Assembly: GCA_002245135.1 (NCBI GenBank)
Contig: NGBS01000001.1
Location: 558,001-604,704 of the forward strand
Direction of reading: 5' to 3'
DNA: 46,704 nt
DNA from: Proteromonas lacertae
Lineage: Eukaryota
Shown: positions 1 to 13,997 of the stretch, piece after piece
Layout of the letters: every line of letters starts with the position of its first letter
Numbering within the stretch: the stretch's first letter is position 1
Notes under the pieces: generated by a model
Told to the model about the DNA's origin: nothing
The model's database searches: none
Seen by the model: the letters and a program-made list of their open reading frames with translations, nothing else
Program-made: the position numbers and the translations under genes

Positions 1-332
1 ATTCATTTATTTACTATCATTTCCAAATATTCACAATATATTCTTTTTCTAATCGTTATTCTTCATTTCAATGTTATAGTATTTTTCTTCAACTTTCAAT
101 ATATTTTGCATCAACACAACAAAATATGTAATGTTTTACTGTTCTATTTCATATACAAAAACTCTATAATGAAAAAATAAAATCAAGCTAAATTGAAGTA
201 AAGGCTTGAAGTAGGGGGTTTATATTACAACTGGATTTTTTAATATTAATATCCTATTTAATTTTCTCTAAAATACAAGCCTACATTAAAGCTTGAGATA
301 ATTTCATTATTATTTGTTGTTGATTAGAAGCA

Positions 333-1021
333 ATGGTCATCAAGTATAATATTATATACTTATATTTATTAATTTCATAATATATAAATCTATATATTAA
401 ATATATCCAAACCTCATTATAACCACTTTTTATTTTTGTCAACTTATAGAACAATAAACTGCTCATTCTCTGAATACAGAATTTACCCAGCACATGGTAT
501 TAACATGGTTAGACGTGATGGACAAGTATATCTGAAATTCTTTACAAAACTATAGCCACTCCAATTCTTAAACCATAAATGTACATGCATGTACTTACAA
601 AGAAAGAAACCAGGACATTTAAGATGGTCACTTGCCTGGAGACGTTCAGTAAAGAAAATATCAGCTGTTGCTGCTAGTAGACGTGTAAGAAGAAGACGTG
701 TTGTTGTACAAAGAGCTATTGTAGGTGCTTCATTAGAAAATATCAATAAGAGAAGAAATGAAACTCCAGAATTACGTAAAGCCCAACAAGAAGCTGCATT
801 AAAGTATGATATATATATTAGTAATTCTTAATTCTATGAAATACAAATGATGGCTTATGAAACTTGAATACTGAATAAATTTGTGGAAAAATTTAAGCTG
901 ATGTTTTTTTCTCATCTTATAAATTCTATTTATAAAATATTTATATACTTATTATCTTAATAGTGAAATTAAAAAGAGAAAACAAGAAAGAAAAGCTAAG
1001 AAAGCTGCTGGAAAGAAGTAA
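333..1021 (+). CDS. RPL24: 60S ribosomal protein L24 (eL24), 4 exons
   Basis: Manual splicing (introns 344-449, 526-555, 804-963, all GT-AG) gives MVIKTINCSFSEYRIYPAHGINMVRRDGQPLQFLNHKC...WSLAWRR...QRAIVGASLENI..., the typical eL24 pattern. Confidence 0.95.
842..904 (+). ncRNA. Candidate intronic box C/D snoRNA in RPL24 intron 3
   Basis: Box C-like ATGATGG 847-853, D' CTGA 871-874, D CTGA 898-901, short ACA/TGT terminal stem; it sits in an intron about 5x longer than the local norm. Confidence 0.6.
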
Positions 1022-1132
1022 TTTGATTATTGCTGTCAACAACATTATTGCTTTTGTTTTTTGGCTTTTTTTATTAATACCTAACAAATGAAATAATTAA
1101 ATTAAATCAAAATATAAATATCCAAACATACA

Positions 1133-1762
1133 CTATACATTTTCAAGTTTAATTTGTCTTTCCTTTGGTGATCTCCTCTTTAATTTATTCAATTGCTTGT
1201 GTGTAACTTTAGTAAAATCCCAATCATGATCTAATTTATCAGTTATCTCAATATTTATTCTTCTATTCAACAAATCATTTCTTGTTCTTCTAAACTGTCT
1301 TTCTGTTCTTGGACTTAAGAATCCTTCCTTTTCTAATTCTTCTATTACTGCCTGATCTTTCTTTAATAACGGAAGTAATTGTTTATTGAGTGTTTTTCTG
1401 GTTTTTATACATTTATTATTGATTATTATCTTTGCTGATCTTTTAGCTATTGGTTTTAATTCTTCATCTCTTGGATTGTATGGAATTAACTGTTCATAAT
1501 CACATGTATTGACAAATATAGAAGGAACAGGATCAATCACATCTTGAGGTTGCTGCCTATTAATAATATTACTAAAAAATTTATAAATACTTTACTGATC
1601 TTTGACATACAATTTCATGTCTCTGTTTTAAATAGTTCAGTCTCATTTGATAATCATTCAGTGGATTCCACTTTCTGACTTTCTTCCTATTAGATCCAAT
1701 ATATAATTATATTAATACGGCATTGTTGGAGGTTTGGGGGTTAATGTAGGCGGATTTGACAT
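1133..1762 (-). CDS. Hypothetical protein (spliced)
   Basis: ATG at 1762 (MSNPPTLTPKPP), short exons, then 135-aa terminal ORF 1133-1540; no recognisable motif. Confidence 0.55.
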
Positions 1763-1836
1763 TTTTATAAATTTGAACGAAAATAAAAAACAGATGTTTT
1801 CATACACCTGTTTCATTTTAAATTTGAATATTTGAA

Positions 1837-3523
1837 ATGAATTCTTTGATAAAGCAGAGGATTGAGAAATATTTATCGCAAAAACTTTATGAGAATGGTA
1901 TATAACTCAATGATACTATTTGATAGTGTTTTTTATATGTGATAGAATTGATCCAACACATTCTAATGAACAAATATCCAATTATATAGCCCAATGCTAT
2001 TATGAGCAAGGAAAATATAAAAGAGTTTTGTCAGTTTTAGAAAATTCACAATCTCTAGATAATAGATATTTGTTAGCGCAATCTTATTACCACTTGAAAT
2101 TATTATCAGATGCGGAATGTACATTGATAAAAAACACTGAACTTGACAATTTAAATACTCCTTCTATAACAATTGTATAATGCACATTTTTTATTTTTTC
2201 AGGAAGTGGCAAAGACAATACCTGGATATGATGCTGGTTTATACTTATTATCAACAATATATTGTTTAACTCAAAGACAAGAAAGTGCAATACCATTATT
2301 AAAATTATGTTTAGATATTGATCCTTATTCTTATTGTGCATATGAGAAACTGTGTGAATTAGGAGAAGGTATAATATATATATATATATATATATAATAA
2401 TTAGAATATCCAATTTCATCATTATTTATTGACAAATCAACCAATCAGAATGATGAAAACTTCACCAAATTATCTCAAACAATTTCATTAATAACTTATG
2501 AATCATCCAAATATAATATTAATCAAGCATTGAAGCTATTATCTTCATCATCTATAATATCACAATCACAGATTAATACTGGTTCAATATGTTATATTTA
2601 TGGTAACTTGTATTTTCATCAAGGTAATTATGAAAAGTCAATTGAATGGTATGAAAAGATGATAAAAGTATTGTTTTTATACTCTATTTTATTTTAGCAT
2701 TCTCCTTATCATTTAGAAGGATGTGATAAATTAAGTACTTCGTACTGGCACAAAAACAATATTTCAGCATTATCAATACTAACAAATACACTCTTAGATT
2801 ATGAACCATTGTCAGAAATATCATGGATTGTTTGCAGTAATTATTATAGTCTACTAAAAGATCATGTAAAATCAGTCAAATATTTGAAAAGAGCTATTGA
2901 AATTAATCCATATTCATTATATAGTTTTATTTTATTAGGACATGAATATACTTATATCGATGATTTTTCATTGGCTTTACAATCTTATGAATCTGCTTTA
3001 TCACTAAATCCAAGATCTTATTTAGCTTGGTATGGTATAGCAACAATCTATTATGAACAGGTATTAATTATTCAATAATTGTTTTTTTTATTTATAGGAA
3101 TTATACAGTAACAGTTTATATCATTATTTAAAAGCTTCAGAACTATTCCCTAGTTCAATTACGCTATTATCCTATTTAGCAACTGTGTATCAATCATTAG
3201 AAGATTATGAAAGTGCAAAAAATGTATTAGCAAAAGCAAATGAAATATTACCCAATAATCCTCAAATATGTTTTCAATTGTGTGAATTGTATTATAATCA
3301 AGACAACTATGATGAAGCATATCGTTATATTCAAATATTATTGAAGAAAACATACACAGATCCAAACATTTATATTGTTGCTGGACATATTTGCAGGAAA
3401 TTACATAATATAAAAGAAGCTTTACACCATTACACATCAGCATTGTCAATAGATCCTAAAGATTCTTGTGGAGCTAGAAAGTTTCTTAATTTATTAACAG
3501 CAAATGAAAATAACACTCATTAA
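1837..3523 (+). CDS. CDC27: Anaphase-promoting complex TPR subunit Cdc27/APC3
   Basis: Exons encode SPYHLEGCDKLSTSYWH, SWIVCSNYYSLLKDH..RAIEINP..LLGHEY..NPRSYLAWYGIATIYYEQ, matching Cdc27 TPR segments. The start is uncertain because the ATG at 1837 is one base out of frame with the next coding stretch. Confidence 0.85.
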
Positions 3524-3608
3524 TTAATATATATTTGCATTTTTTGATAAAAAATGAAAAATTAAAAGAATCAAAACAATTATTTATCTATTATAATTTA
3601 TTAAATTC

Positions 3609-5265
3609 TCACTTACTATCTTCATTTTCATATTTTTCTTCTTCACTATCATCCTCTTTCATTTTCTTAAGTGGATTTTCAGCAGTTCCATCTGTAGGTA
3701 AATCCCTTTTATTAAGTAAATGATAATCTTTTGGTCTAAATCTATTCTCATCAACTTTAGACCATCTTTCACAACAATTATTAAGCCATTCAATTGTCAC
3801 TATTTCAACACGCTGGTATTGTTTCATTGCTTGTTTGATCTTGTCTCTTTGAACAGATGGACATATTACGTGAGTAGTAAATTCGTTTACTTCATTACTA
3901 CATTCAGCACCGAAATGAATAGCATTTCTCCAACCAGGAAATGAGTCTGGATATGTCTATTTAACAATATATATATATATATATACATCAATTGGAATAT
4001 AACCACTGAATACAATATTGCATCCTTTCAATACTGAGATTCTTACACTTCTTAATACTTCCGCCACTTTATTCTAAAAACAAAAATAAACATAAAAGTA
4101 AATACATTATGGTTTTCAGATGAATAAAATTGTTTATGTATTTTCAACAATATATTTGATAAAATCAATAGTTGATCATCTTCATGTACCATCTCTGAAA
4201 TCACATTTCTTCTCCTTATAGTTCCAGTAACAGCATCTGTATAAGGTTCTTCCTCAGATCTAAACCATACAAACTCTTTGATGATTATTAAATGATCAAT
4301 TTCTTCCCATACATCAGGTTTATCATCAATTGCAATTGCCTATTCATAATAATTATGAATATATATATATATATATACCATATCAATTCCTTTAAATACG
4401 ATTCTTCTAAGACTTTTTATTTTACTATCTGTCACATCATCTCTTGATATTGCTCTATGTTGAAATATTCTATTATCTGGATCAAGTACTTTTGTGATTT
4501 CTTCAGCATATCTTCTACTACCATGCTAATATAATAATAATAATAATAATAATAATAAATGTATATACTGTGAATAAATAAAGTGAATAACATTTTGAAA
4601 CTCTTTCTAAAAACTCCTGTAAATTAGGTCTTAATTTCAATATGAAATGTTCTGGCTGTACATATATTTCTTTTAATCCTGACCTTTTAGGATCTGGATA
4701 TTTATCTCTATCACTATATAAACTAGCATGTAAGAGTGTATTATCTATATCTAAAGCACATATTAGTTTCTTTGATTGTAATAGTGTGTTAATTTGATTT
4801 ATTGTTTCCTGTTCTGCAAATTTTGAATTTACTGTCATTTCATAACCTCCTGATTGTGTATTAATTCGCACTAATTTGTCTAAGTCCTATATAGAATGAT
4901 AATATTTGATTTATTATACATCATTTTCTAAAGTCAAACCACATTCTGCACAAATTCCATGAAATACTACATTATGCTGACATATTTCAATAGTGCATAT
5001 TAATGAGTCAGAATTTAATTCTTCCCCAACCTTTATGCTATAAAACCAACAATTATACAATAATGTTGACTGAATTGATAATCCCATTACTCTTTGATGT
5101 AATTGTCTCTACTTTATTGTATTTATTGATATATTCAGCCAATACTGTTCCTTTTCTCACTTGATCTTTCTGACGAAAGAATATTTTTGTCACTTTACCT
5201 GAACTAATTTTAGTGTAATATAAATAGTATTTTTACATATCTGTAGCATAAATTTTCTCAATCAT
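3609..5265 (-). CDS. FCP1: RNA polymerase II CTD phosphatase FCP1 (FCPH + BRCT)
   Basis: KKLICALDIDNTLLHAS (DxDxT), LKLRPNLQEFL, C-terminal BRCT-like IVTIEWLNNCCERWSKVDE; multi-exon. Confidence 0.9.
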
Positions 5266-5326
5266 TCAGCAAAAAAACAAAAAAGTAGTAAATTCTGGTT
5301 TGATCAGTATCAAGCTTATTTTAATC

Positions 5327-6477
5327 ATGAAGCTTTTATGTGGAGATGAGCTAGGTTATTTGCGTATAGTCGAGATAGAATCCAAGCAACAAGTAATTTA
5401 CATTTAGTTATACAATCATAGACTGTATTCGGAGATCCATCAAGAGAGAATGGTATTGAAAGAATGCAGTGGTGTGGTAAAACAGACAAAGAATCAGAAG
5501 TGTTACTAGCTTTACAGTATAAAATTGTCTTTAATTCATAGTAATGGATCAATAATCGTGAGAAAATCAAATTCAGATTCTATTGTAACTACATTTCCAT
5601 ATGTTGAAGGGATACCAAAAGGTTTAGGTGTGATTCCAGGAAAGACGTATATAATTTAATATTTTATTGGTTAATAGTCGAAAAGCTATAGTAACAACAG
5701 ATGATGGTGTAACGACAATTTTGCCATGGAAATGTAAAGATGCACAAACAGTTTTTTCAGTCTGTGATGAGAGAACACAATCAAAAAAGATTATAAAAAC
5801 AATGGAATTATCTCCATCATTATCATTTATCAGTGTAGGTGGAAATGAATTTGATTTAGAGTTATATAACATAGAAACACAAAAATCACTATGGAAGGCC
5901 AAGAATCTACCACATGATAAGTTAGATATGAGAGTACCAGTATGGGTCAATTGTCAATCTGTATAAAATAAAGAATTATAATCTTTAATAGTATTTGTCA
6001 AGTGAAGAATCAAATTGTAAAATTGTAGTTGGTACAGGATATCATGAGATTAGATTATATGATACTAAAGCGCAAAGACGTCCTATATTCAATATTGAAG
6101 TAGGAAATTTACCATTTCAATCAATATGTTTATCAAATGATGGTAAATATGCAATATTAGGAAATACTCAAGGAGGTGTATTTAAATTCGATTTAAATAT
6201 GAGAAAATCAGTCAGTTCCTATTTAGGAAGTACTGGATCAGTTAGATCTATCAATTGTCATCCAATTTTGCCATATATAGCATTAACTGGATTAGATCAA
6301 TATGTTAGAGTTTATGATGTAAATAATAGAAATGATTATAGAAAATACTATGTAAAACAAAAATCAAATTGTGTATTGTGGACTTCTGAAGATGTGATTG
6401 TAGAGAAAACTAAAGAAGATGAAATATGGGATAAGTTAGAAGAAAATAAGAAAAAGAAAAGAAAGTTAAATGAGTAA
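5327..6477 (+). CDS. NSA1: Ribosome biogenesis WD40 protein NSA1/WDR74
   Basis: MKLLCGDELG start, WKAKNLPHDKLDMRVPVW, GTGYHEIRLYDTKAQRRP, GSVRSI..HP..GLDQYVRVYD. Confidence 0.92.
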
Positions 6478-6563
6478 ATAATTAATTTTTGTTTGTTATG
6501 TAGATTGTTAGTTTTCACAAAGATATCATAACTAAAACAATTATATAGTGCACTTATATATAT

Positions 6564-6946
6564 CTAAATTTCATCTTTCCAATAAAAGACTTTATTCTTA
6601 TAAGTAATTTCATAAGGACCAATATTATGATATAAATCATACCTCCATAACTATTTTAAAAAATAAAACAAAACATTTTCATACACTTGTCACTTCTCCA
6701 CTTACTGTAGTAAAATCAATCCACACATTTGTGCCTCTGACCGTTTGCTTTTTACATCCAACAATATTTATTAATCTAGCATTCGGATCTTGTTTTTGAA
6801 TGTCTTCTACAGCTTCCTAAAAGAATATTTACATCATTATATACTCCTGCTGCTCTTTGACAATCTTCATCATCGTTATCAACCCATGAACCATGTCCTT
6901 GAGCACTTATCAGTAAAATCAAGCAGAAAAACACAAAAAGCTTCAT
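6564..6946 (-). CDS. Secreted cystatin-like protein (3 exons; absent from the ORF track)
   Basis: Manual translation: signal peptide MKLFVFFCLILLISAQG, then GHGSW, and KQTVRGTNVWIDF containing the cystatin QxVxG motif; two short GT-AG introns. Confidence 0.65.
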
Positions 6947-7037
6947 AACTTTCTTTTTCTATAATACAAGTGTAATAAATAGAAAAACTATTTTTATTTA
7001 TTACCACTATTTAACTTCTTCAGTTTGTTTTTTCTCT

Positions 7038-10000
7038 ATGGATTCACAGGATAACGAGGATCGATGGCTATTGTGTATTAATCCTGATGATAAAGGTCTA
7101 TATTATTATAATCCCAGTACTGGCAAACTCTCTTGGGATTTCCCAGGAACTGAATTTGTTTTTACTCCTGTTATAAATATGGCTGGAGATTCACCAGAAA
7201 CTAATGTTAGAATTAGTAATCCAGGATTTATATCTTTTTTCTTCATCTTTTGTTATTTGTGCCCCTTAATTAATCTAAGCAGTAGAAACGAAACATGAAT
7301 TTCATTCTAACGAAGATGATAGTTTATTAGCCATAAAACCAAGAGAAATGCTATATGTCTATAAAGTATCAGATGGATGGGCATATGGCCAAAATGTGGA
7401 AGGAAAACAGGGATATTTCCCAATGAGTTTTGTTAAACCCATTCAACCACCCAATGGATACGATGAAATAACAGAAAGACCTTATGCTCTTGATTTTACT
7501 CCAGCAATGACACCTAGTCATGCAAAAAGTATATATTAGTTATATTATATCTTTATATTTAGATTCTTCAAGCGATTCTTTCAATTTAGATCAAAGTGGT
7601 TTAGATTTATCAGTATATGCTGACTCAGGATATAGTACACCTGTAATGAAAGGCCAATCCACTATGAGCAACACTCCTATCTCACTTTTTTCAGCATTAT
7701 GTCAACATTTATACTCAGATCTAGCTACAGATATAGATATTGAAGAATATGATATATTAAAATACAGTCAAATGTATTTCAACAGAAAAGGTAATAAACC
7801 AAGAGAATTAACCTATAATCACAAACCAATTATTCAATCCATCACTCCATTATCTATAGATAAAGAAAGAAAAGCAATAGAAATGAATAAAAGCATCCTA
7901 CTCTATATGGGCGATATTAAACGAAATGGTATTATGAATTACTATGAGTTAAGAAAAGTGATTGTTATATCAGCTATTAGAGATGATATTGTTGATGAAT
8001 TATACTGTCAGATTATATGCCAATTACTTAATAATCCATCAGTAGATAGTATAAACAGAGGATGGGAAATATTTGTCACTATTGCATCTATGAAACCACC
8101 ATCTGATTTATTATTGAATTATATCTTATCATTTCTAATTAAATTGTATAAGAAAGTAGGTAATATTGGATCATATGCTATGTATTGTATAAAATTACTA
8201 TTAAATTATGAGAAATGTGATGATGTTACTATGGATAAACTAGATGATATCTTACAAATTCAACTAAGTAGTGAAGGCATATTTAAATGCAGTATAGATG
8301 AAGTATTACTATTAGAATCAAACACTCAATTATTATTTCAATATAATCTATTACCTCAAAAGGGAGGTAAATATGGTAGTGTATATGAAATAGCACCAAG
8401 TTATAAATATTCTACACCATTCTTATCACCTGATAGTATTTATAAACTAATGACTAATGGCGGATTCTTATTGGTTGTTTATGGTAGTAAAAGTGGTAAA
8501 GGATTAAGAACTAAAGAAAGAAGAGTTTATATAACTCCACAGTTAGATTGTATTACATTTTATAATCCTGTTAAAAGTACAGGAAGTAGTCAAACAATTC
8601 CATTATCAACATTTTGTGGTGTATCTTATTCTAAAGAAGATTTATTAACTCATACTACCTATAATAGTAGTAACACATTTTCATCAATATATAGTAATAA
8701 TAATGGTGATTTTAGTGGTAGTTCTAATGATAATAATAGTGATAGTTTTGCATATAGAAGAAGAGGAAGCACACATGGAACATCTAGTGAATTTGAAGAA
8801 AAGACATTTGTTTTAATTGGTACTGAAAAAGATAAAAGTGTTCAGATAGTTACTGGTTCATTACAAGAGAGAAATAGATGGATTTTAGCATTTAGATGTT
8901 ATTTTGAATGGTATAATGCTATTGGTCGATGTGTATCCAATGATTTAACAGCCAATGATTTGAAAATATCATTTATTAATTATTTAAGAAAGATATTGAA
9001 AGATCCGAATGACTTTTACCGTTGTTTGATATCTGGAGTTCCAGTTACTGTAACATTGTATAATAGCACTAATAATACTGAAGATTATAAACATACTGGA
9101 TTAATGGAAGTTACTTCAGATCTACAAACTATAAACCTTAAAACAGCTCAACAATCTATTGATTTACAGATACAATATAATGAAATAAAAGATGTCGTAT
9201 TAGGAATACCAGATACTACAACTGTAAAAACAACAACTACAACTGGTGCTACACCTACTAATGCTGCATTTACAATTATAAAGAAAAAGAAATATAAGAA
9301 CAACAGTTTCTATATAATCACTAGAGATGAAAGTAAATCTTGGTGTGTTACATTATCTGATCGATATACAATGAATCCACTATGTTTATATGATGTTAAC
9401 TTACTTACACTGGGTTCAATATAGAGGTGATGGTATAAAAGATAAATCAAGTAATCAAATAAGTTTCGAAAATTTCATTCAAGAACCACTACCTCAAAAA
9501 CCACTTTCTGGAACTGTTCCAAAGTTTGTTATAATGTTAATCACTCGATTAAGATCAATGAATGTATGGTCATATCAAGGTATATTTAGACAAAGTGCTA
9601 ATAATAAGAACGTGGATGATACTTGTGCTATATTGAATCAAGGTTATTATGAGCAGTTGAATATATTAGATAATGCTTATATTGTTAGTGTTTGTTTGAA
9701 AAAATGGCTTAGAGATATGAGTAAACCACTTGTATATTTAACTTTATAATAATAATATTAATCATTTTATAGATACCTGATGCGTTTTATGAACAAGTTC
9801 TCAGTGTTCCTACATCAGATGTACCGAATGGTGCTATAAATTTGGTAATGTCATTGCCATTATATAATAAAGAATGCTTATTATACATTATGAGATTTAT
9901 TAAAGATTTAATTAGGTTTTCTGATATGACTGGTATGAAGGAAGAAGGTATGGCTATTGTTATCTCACCTAATATTTGCAAGATATCGTATATTGATTTT

Positions 10001-10146
10001 ATTATTATATTTATACTAGAATGAGATCTAAAAACACAGATCTTGGTGAAATTAAGAACTTTTTGGTTAAACTGTTGGGGGAAATTGATATGCCTCCTCC
10101 AGAAGAAAGATTGGGAAATGTAGTAGAGAATATTACATCTTCGTGA
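7038..10146 (+). CDS. WW-SH3-MyTH4-PH-like-RhoGAP multidomain protein (ARHGAP39-like)
   Basis: WW (W..YYYNPSTGKLSWDFP), SH3 (DGWAYG..GKQGYFPMSFV), MyTH4 (ILLYMGD, DELYCQIICQLLNNPS..RGW), RhoGAP (QGIFRQSA, LKKWLRDMSKPL, MAIVISPNI). One unresolved frame junction near 9390-9424. Confidence 0.85.
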
Positions 10147-10256
10147 TTTATTATTTATATATATACATTTAAAATTGGATATAATTGCGTTATTTGTTTG
10201 TTTAATAGGGTTTTATGTGAAATACAAAATAATACATAATTAATACATAAAAATAC

Positions 10257-13200
10257 ATGAATTCAAATGTGTTAATTATCACAAAGAAGAAGGTGTCTCA
10301 AGAAGAGAAAAAGAGAAAAAGACAGGAACAACAAGAAAAGGAAGCTAAAAAGAGAAAAATTAAGAAGAACAAAGAGTTGATTGATAAAATCCAGGTATTT
10401 TATTCATTTATAATTAATCTAATAGAAGAAAAAAGCTGATCAGCAAAAGAAAATCGAATTAATTCAAAGTATTCAATCAAGGCAATTGAAAGATGTTGTT
10501 CTTCAGTCAAGTTCTGCTTTAGGAATGAAGAAAAGAACAAAACTGAAGTTAGAGGAAAGATTAATATTAAAAGCAAAAGAAGAAAGAGATAAACCTATAC
10601 AATTAAACATAGAAGAAGAAAAAAAAGAAGTAGAAATAGTCAAACCAATTACACATGAAGAAATCGTTGATCATCATAACAAACTTAAAGAAGAATCAAC
10701 CAATTTTGGCAATTTAAGGCCTTGTTTACCAGAAATACCAGATGAAGAATTACCTCCTATAAATCCATCATTAGATAATATCTCCTTAGATTTATTGAAA
10801 CCATTTAATGTAGCAATAACACGTAAGCCAGAAATCATCGAATCTAGATCAAAATTACCTGTATGTCAAATGGAACAAGAAATAATCGAAGCTATTTTAT
10901 ATAATCCAGTAGTGATTATTTGTGGTGAGACAGGATCAGGTAAAACCACACAAATTCCTCAATTTCTATATGAAAGAGGATTTGGTAATAAAGATAGTCC
11001 ATTTCCAGGTCAAATTGGTATTACACAACCACGTAGAGTTGCTGCAATAAGTATGGCATATCGTGTAGCTGAAGAATTGAATATAGGTATAGGAAAAGAT
11101 AAAGAAATTAGTTATCAAATTAGATATGATACTAAAACTGTTGGTGATAATAATATTATTAAATTTATGACTGATGGTATATTATTAAAAGAAATTCAAA
11201 GTGATTTTTTGTTGAAGAAATATTCTTGTATTATAATAGATGAAGCTCATGAAAGAACAATTAATATTGATTTATTAATAGGTTTTCTTTCACGTATTAT
11301 CAAATTAAGAAACGAAATGGTTAAAACAGACAGTTCTATTACTCCATTAAGATTAATTATTATGTCTGCCACATTAAGAGTCAATGATTTCAGAGGAAAA
11401 CATCTATTTGAAGTTCAACCACCAGTTATTGAAGTTCAATCAAGACAGTATAAAGTAAGTGAACATTTTGCAAGAAGGACAGTTTTAGATAATTATTTAG
11501 AACCTTGTAATAAGTTAGTAAGGAAAATACATGAAAGATTACCAAAAGGAGGGATTTTAGTATTTTTAACTGGTAAACAGGAGATTATTACATTCTGTAA
11601 TGAATTGGAAGAATATAATGATGAAATTGATAAAAAGAATAGGATGGAAGAAGAAGATGAGGAAGAAAAGAAAGAAGGAATAAAAGAAGAAGAAGATAAA
11701 GAAGAACAAGGAGAAAATGATGATGATGATGATGATGAAAATAACAGTGAAAGTGATAGGGATAGTGATAGTGAAAATGAAGTAAATAATGATGAAGATG
11801 ATAATATACTGAATAATGAAAATGATGAATTATCTGATGATGATATTACTAATTGTCCAAATGATAAAGATGATTATAATTCAGATAGTGAAGAGTTATT
11901 TAGTGATAGCGAATTTATAATTGACGAGGAAGATGAAGAAAAAGAAGATAATAAAACAAATAAAGAGAGTGAAGAAAAAACAAATACATCAGAAGATAAA
12001 GCAGAAAAAAATGATGATAAAAAAGAAGATAAAGAAAAAGAAGATATTCAGAAGTTATATATACTTCCATTATATGCACTTTTATCAGATTCAGAACAAC
12101 ATAAGATATTCACACCTCCACCTGAAAATACACGATTAGTAGTGGTAAGTACAAATGTAGCAGAAACAAGTCTTACAATTCCAGGTATAAAATACGTAGT
12201 TGATTGTGGAAGAGTCAAAGAAAGAGTTTATGATTTTCAAGGTAGTTCAAGATTTGAAGTATAAATAGTTAATTTGTATTGTCATTATTATGTAAATAGA
12301 TTCATTGGATTTCCAAAGCATCTGCAAAGCAAAGGCTGGGAAGAGCAGGAAGAGTAGGACCAGGTCATTGTTATAGATTATATTCATCACCAGTTTATGT
12401 TAACTACTTCCAAGAATTCAGTTCACCAGAAATTACTTCAAAACCATTAGAAGATGTGATATTACAGATAAGATCTTTAGGTATTCCACCAAATATACAG
12501 TTTCCATTCCCATCATTACCATCACCTAAATTAATGAATTTTTCAGAAAATCTGTTGAAGAATATTGGTGCTTTAGATGTGAATAATGTTATTACTGATT
12601 TAGGAAAGAATATATTGAAATATCCAATAGGATGTAGGTTAGGTAAAATGTTGGTATTATCCATAGAAACTGATGTTTTGATTTATATATTGTGTATTAT
12701 TGCAGGTTATAGTGTTAGAAATCCAATTAGTATTGATGAAATTGATAGTATATATATATTCTTTTTTTATATAATGTTATATTTTTTATAGGAAAGTCAT
12801 ATACAACTCATGTTTCAGATGATATTATTTTGTTGTTATTTATTATCAATTATATGAATTCTAATCATAGTCAGAAGTATTGTAAAGAACATGGATTAAG
12901 ATATCAAGCAATGGTGGAAGTAAGTAAGTTAATAAGACAATTATCTTCGTTATTACATATTAATGACAAATTCCCAAGAATCATTCCAGTTCCAACTGCA
13001 GATCAACAAAAACTCATTTTAAAAGTATATTTATGATGTTTTTATGATGTTTTAGATTATTGGTGGCGCTTATATTGATAATTTAGTTAGAAAAATGAGT
13101 AATTCTGAATGTTCACAATATAATGCTCAACATAATGATAAGAAATGGCCTTATATCAAAGGAATTGGAACAAAAGAACCGCTTTATATTCATCCACAGT

Positions 13201-13863
13201 CATTCCTAAAATATTCGTCTACTACAGAAGTATATATTTATTATATTTGTATATAATTAATAGTTTCCTCAATATTTAATATATAAAGAATTATTTGCAG
13301 CAAAAGATAAAGTATACATGAAAGGATTAAGTGTAATGGATGAGAATTGGATATTTCCATTATCTTATGGAACTCCTTTATGCACTTTATCTGAACCATT
13401 AGAAACACCACAACCGTTCTACAGTAAACCAGAAGATAGAATATTATGTAAAGCAATTCCATCTTTTAATGGAATTTGGGAATTACCACCAGCAAATATA
13501 GAATATCCAACTGACAATAATAATAACAAAAAGTATTTGTATTTTGCAAAATATTTACTTGATGGAAATATTGTTTATCCATTCAAATTATTACATCCGT
13601 ATATTAGAGAGACATCTTTAATTACAAGGCTTACTACAAATAATATTATTTTGAATTATACAAGACATTTCATTAATAAGAAAATTGACACAAAAGAGAA
13701 GTTATTGAAAATGTGGATGAAAGATAGGACATTCTTAAAAGATGAAGTATATAAATGGATTAATAAATCAACAGTTAAAATGTATAATGATATATGGGAT
13801 ATAATAGTAAAAGATTATGATGAAAAACAAACTGAGGAATTCATAACTAGTTTGAAAAAGTGA
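10257..13863 (+). CDS. DHX37: DEAH-box RNA helicase DHX37/Dhr1
   Basis: GETGSGKTTQIPQFLYERGF, TQPRRVAA, DEAHER, MSAT, acidic insert after motif IV, STNVAETSLTIPGIKYVVDCG, QRLGRAGR. Confidence 0.92.
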
Positions 13864-13997
13864 GTAAATAAATTAATAAAAAGTCGTTTTATTAAATTTA
13901 TGTTGTATTATGTTCTGTTTATTAGCTTGACAGAATGATTTTAATAATATGGTTTATGAAAATTTTTGAATAACCATAATTCTATTTTGTTGATTTA

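Noticed and set aside
11640..12050. Long acidic insertion in the helicase as a novelty
   Set aside because: An acidic insert in the second RecA domain is a normal feature of DHX37/Dhr1.
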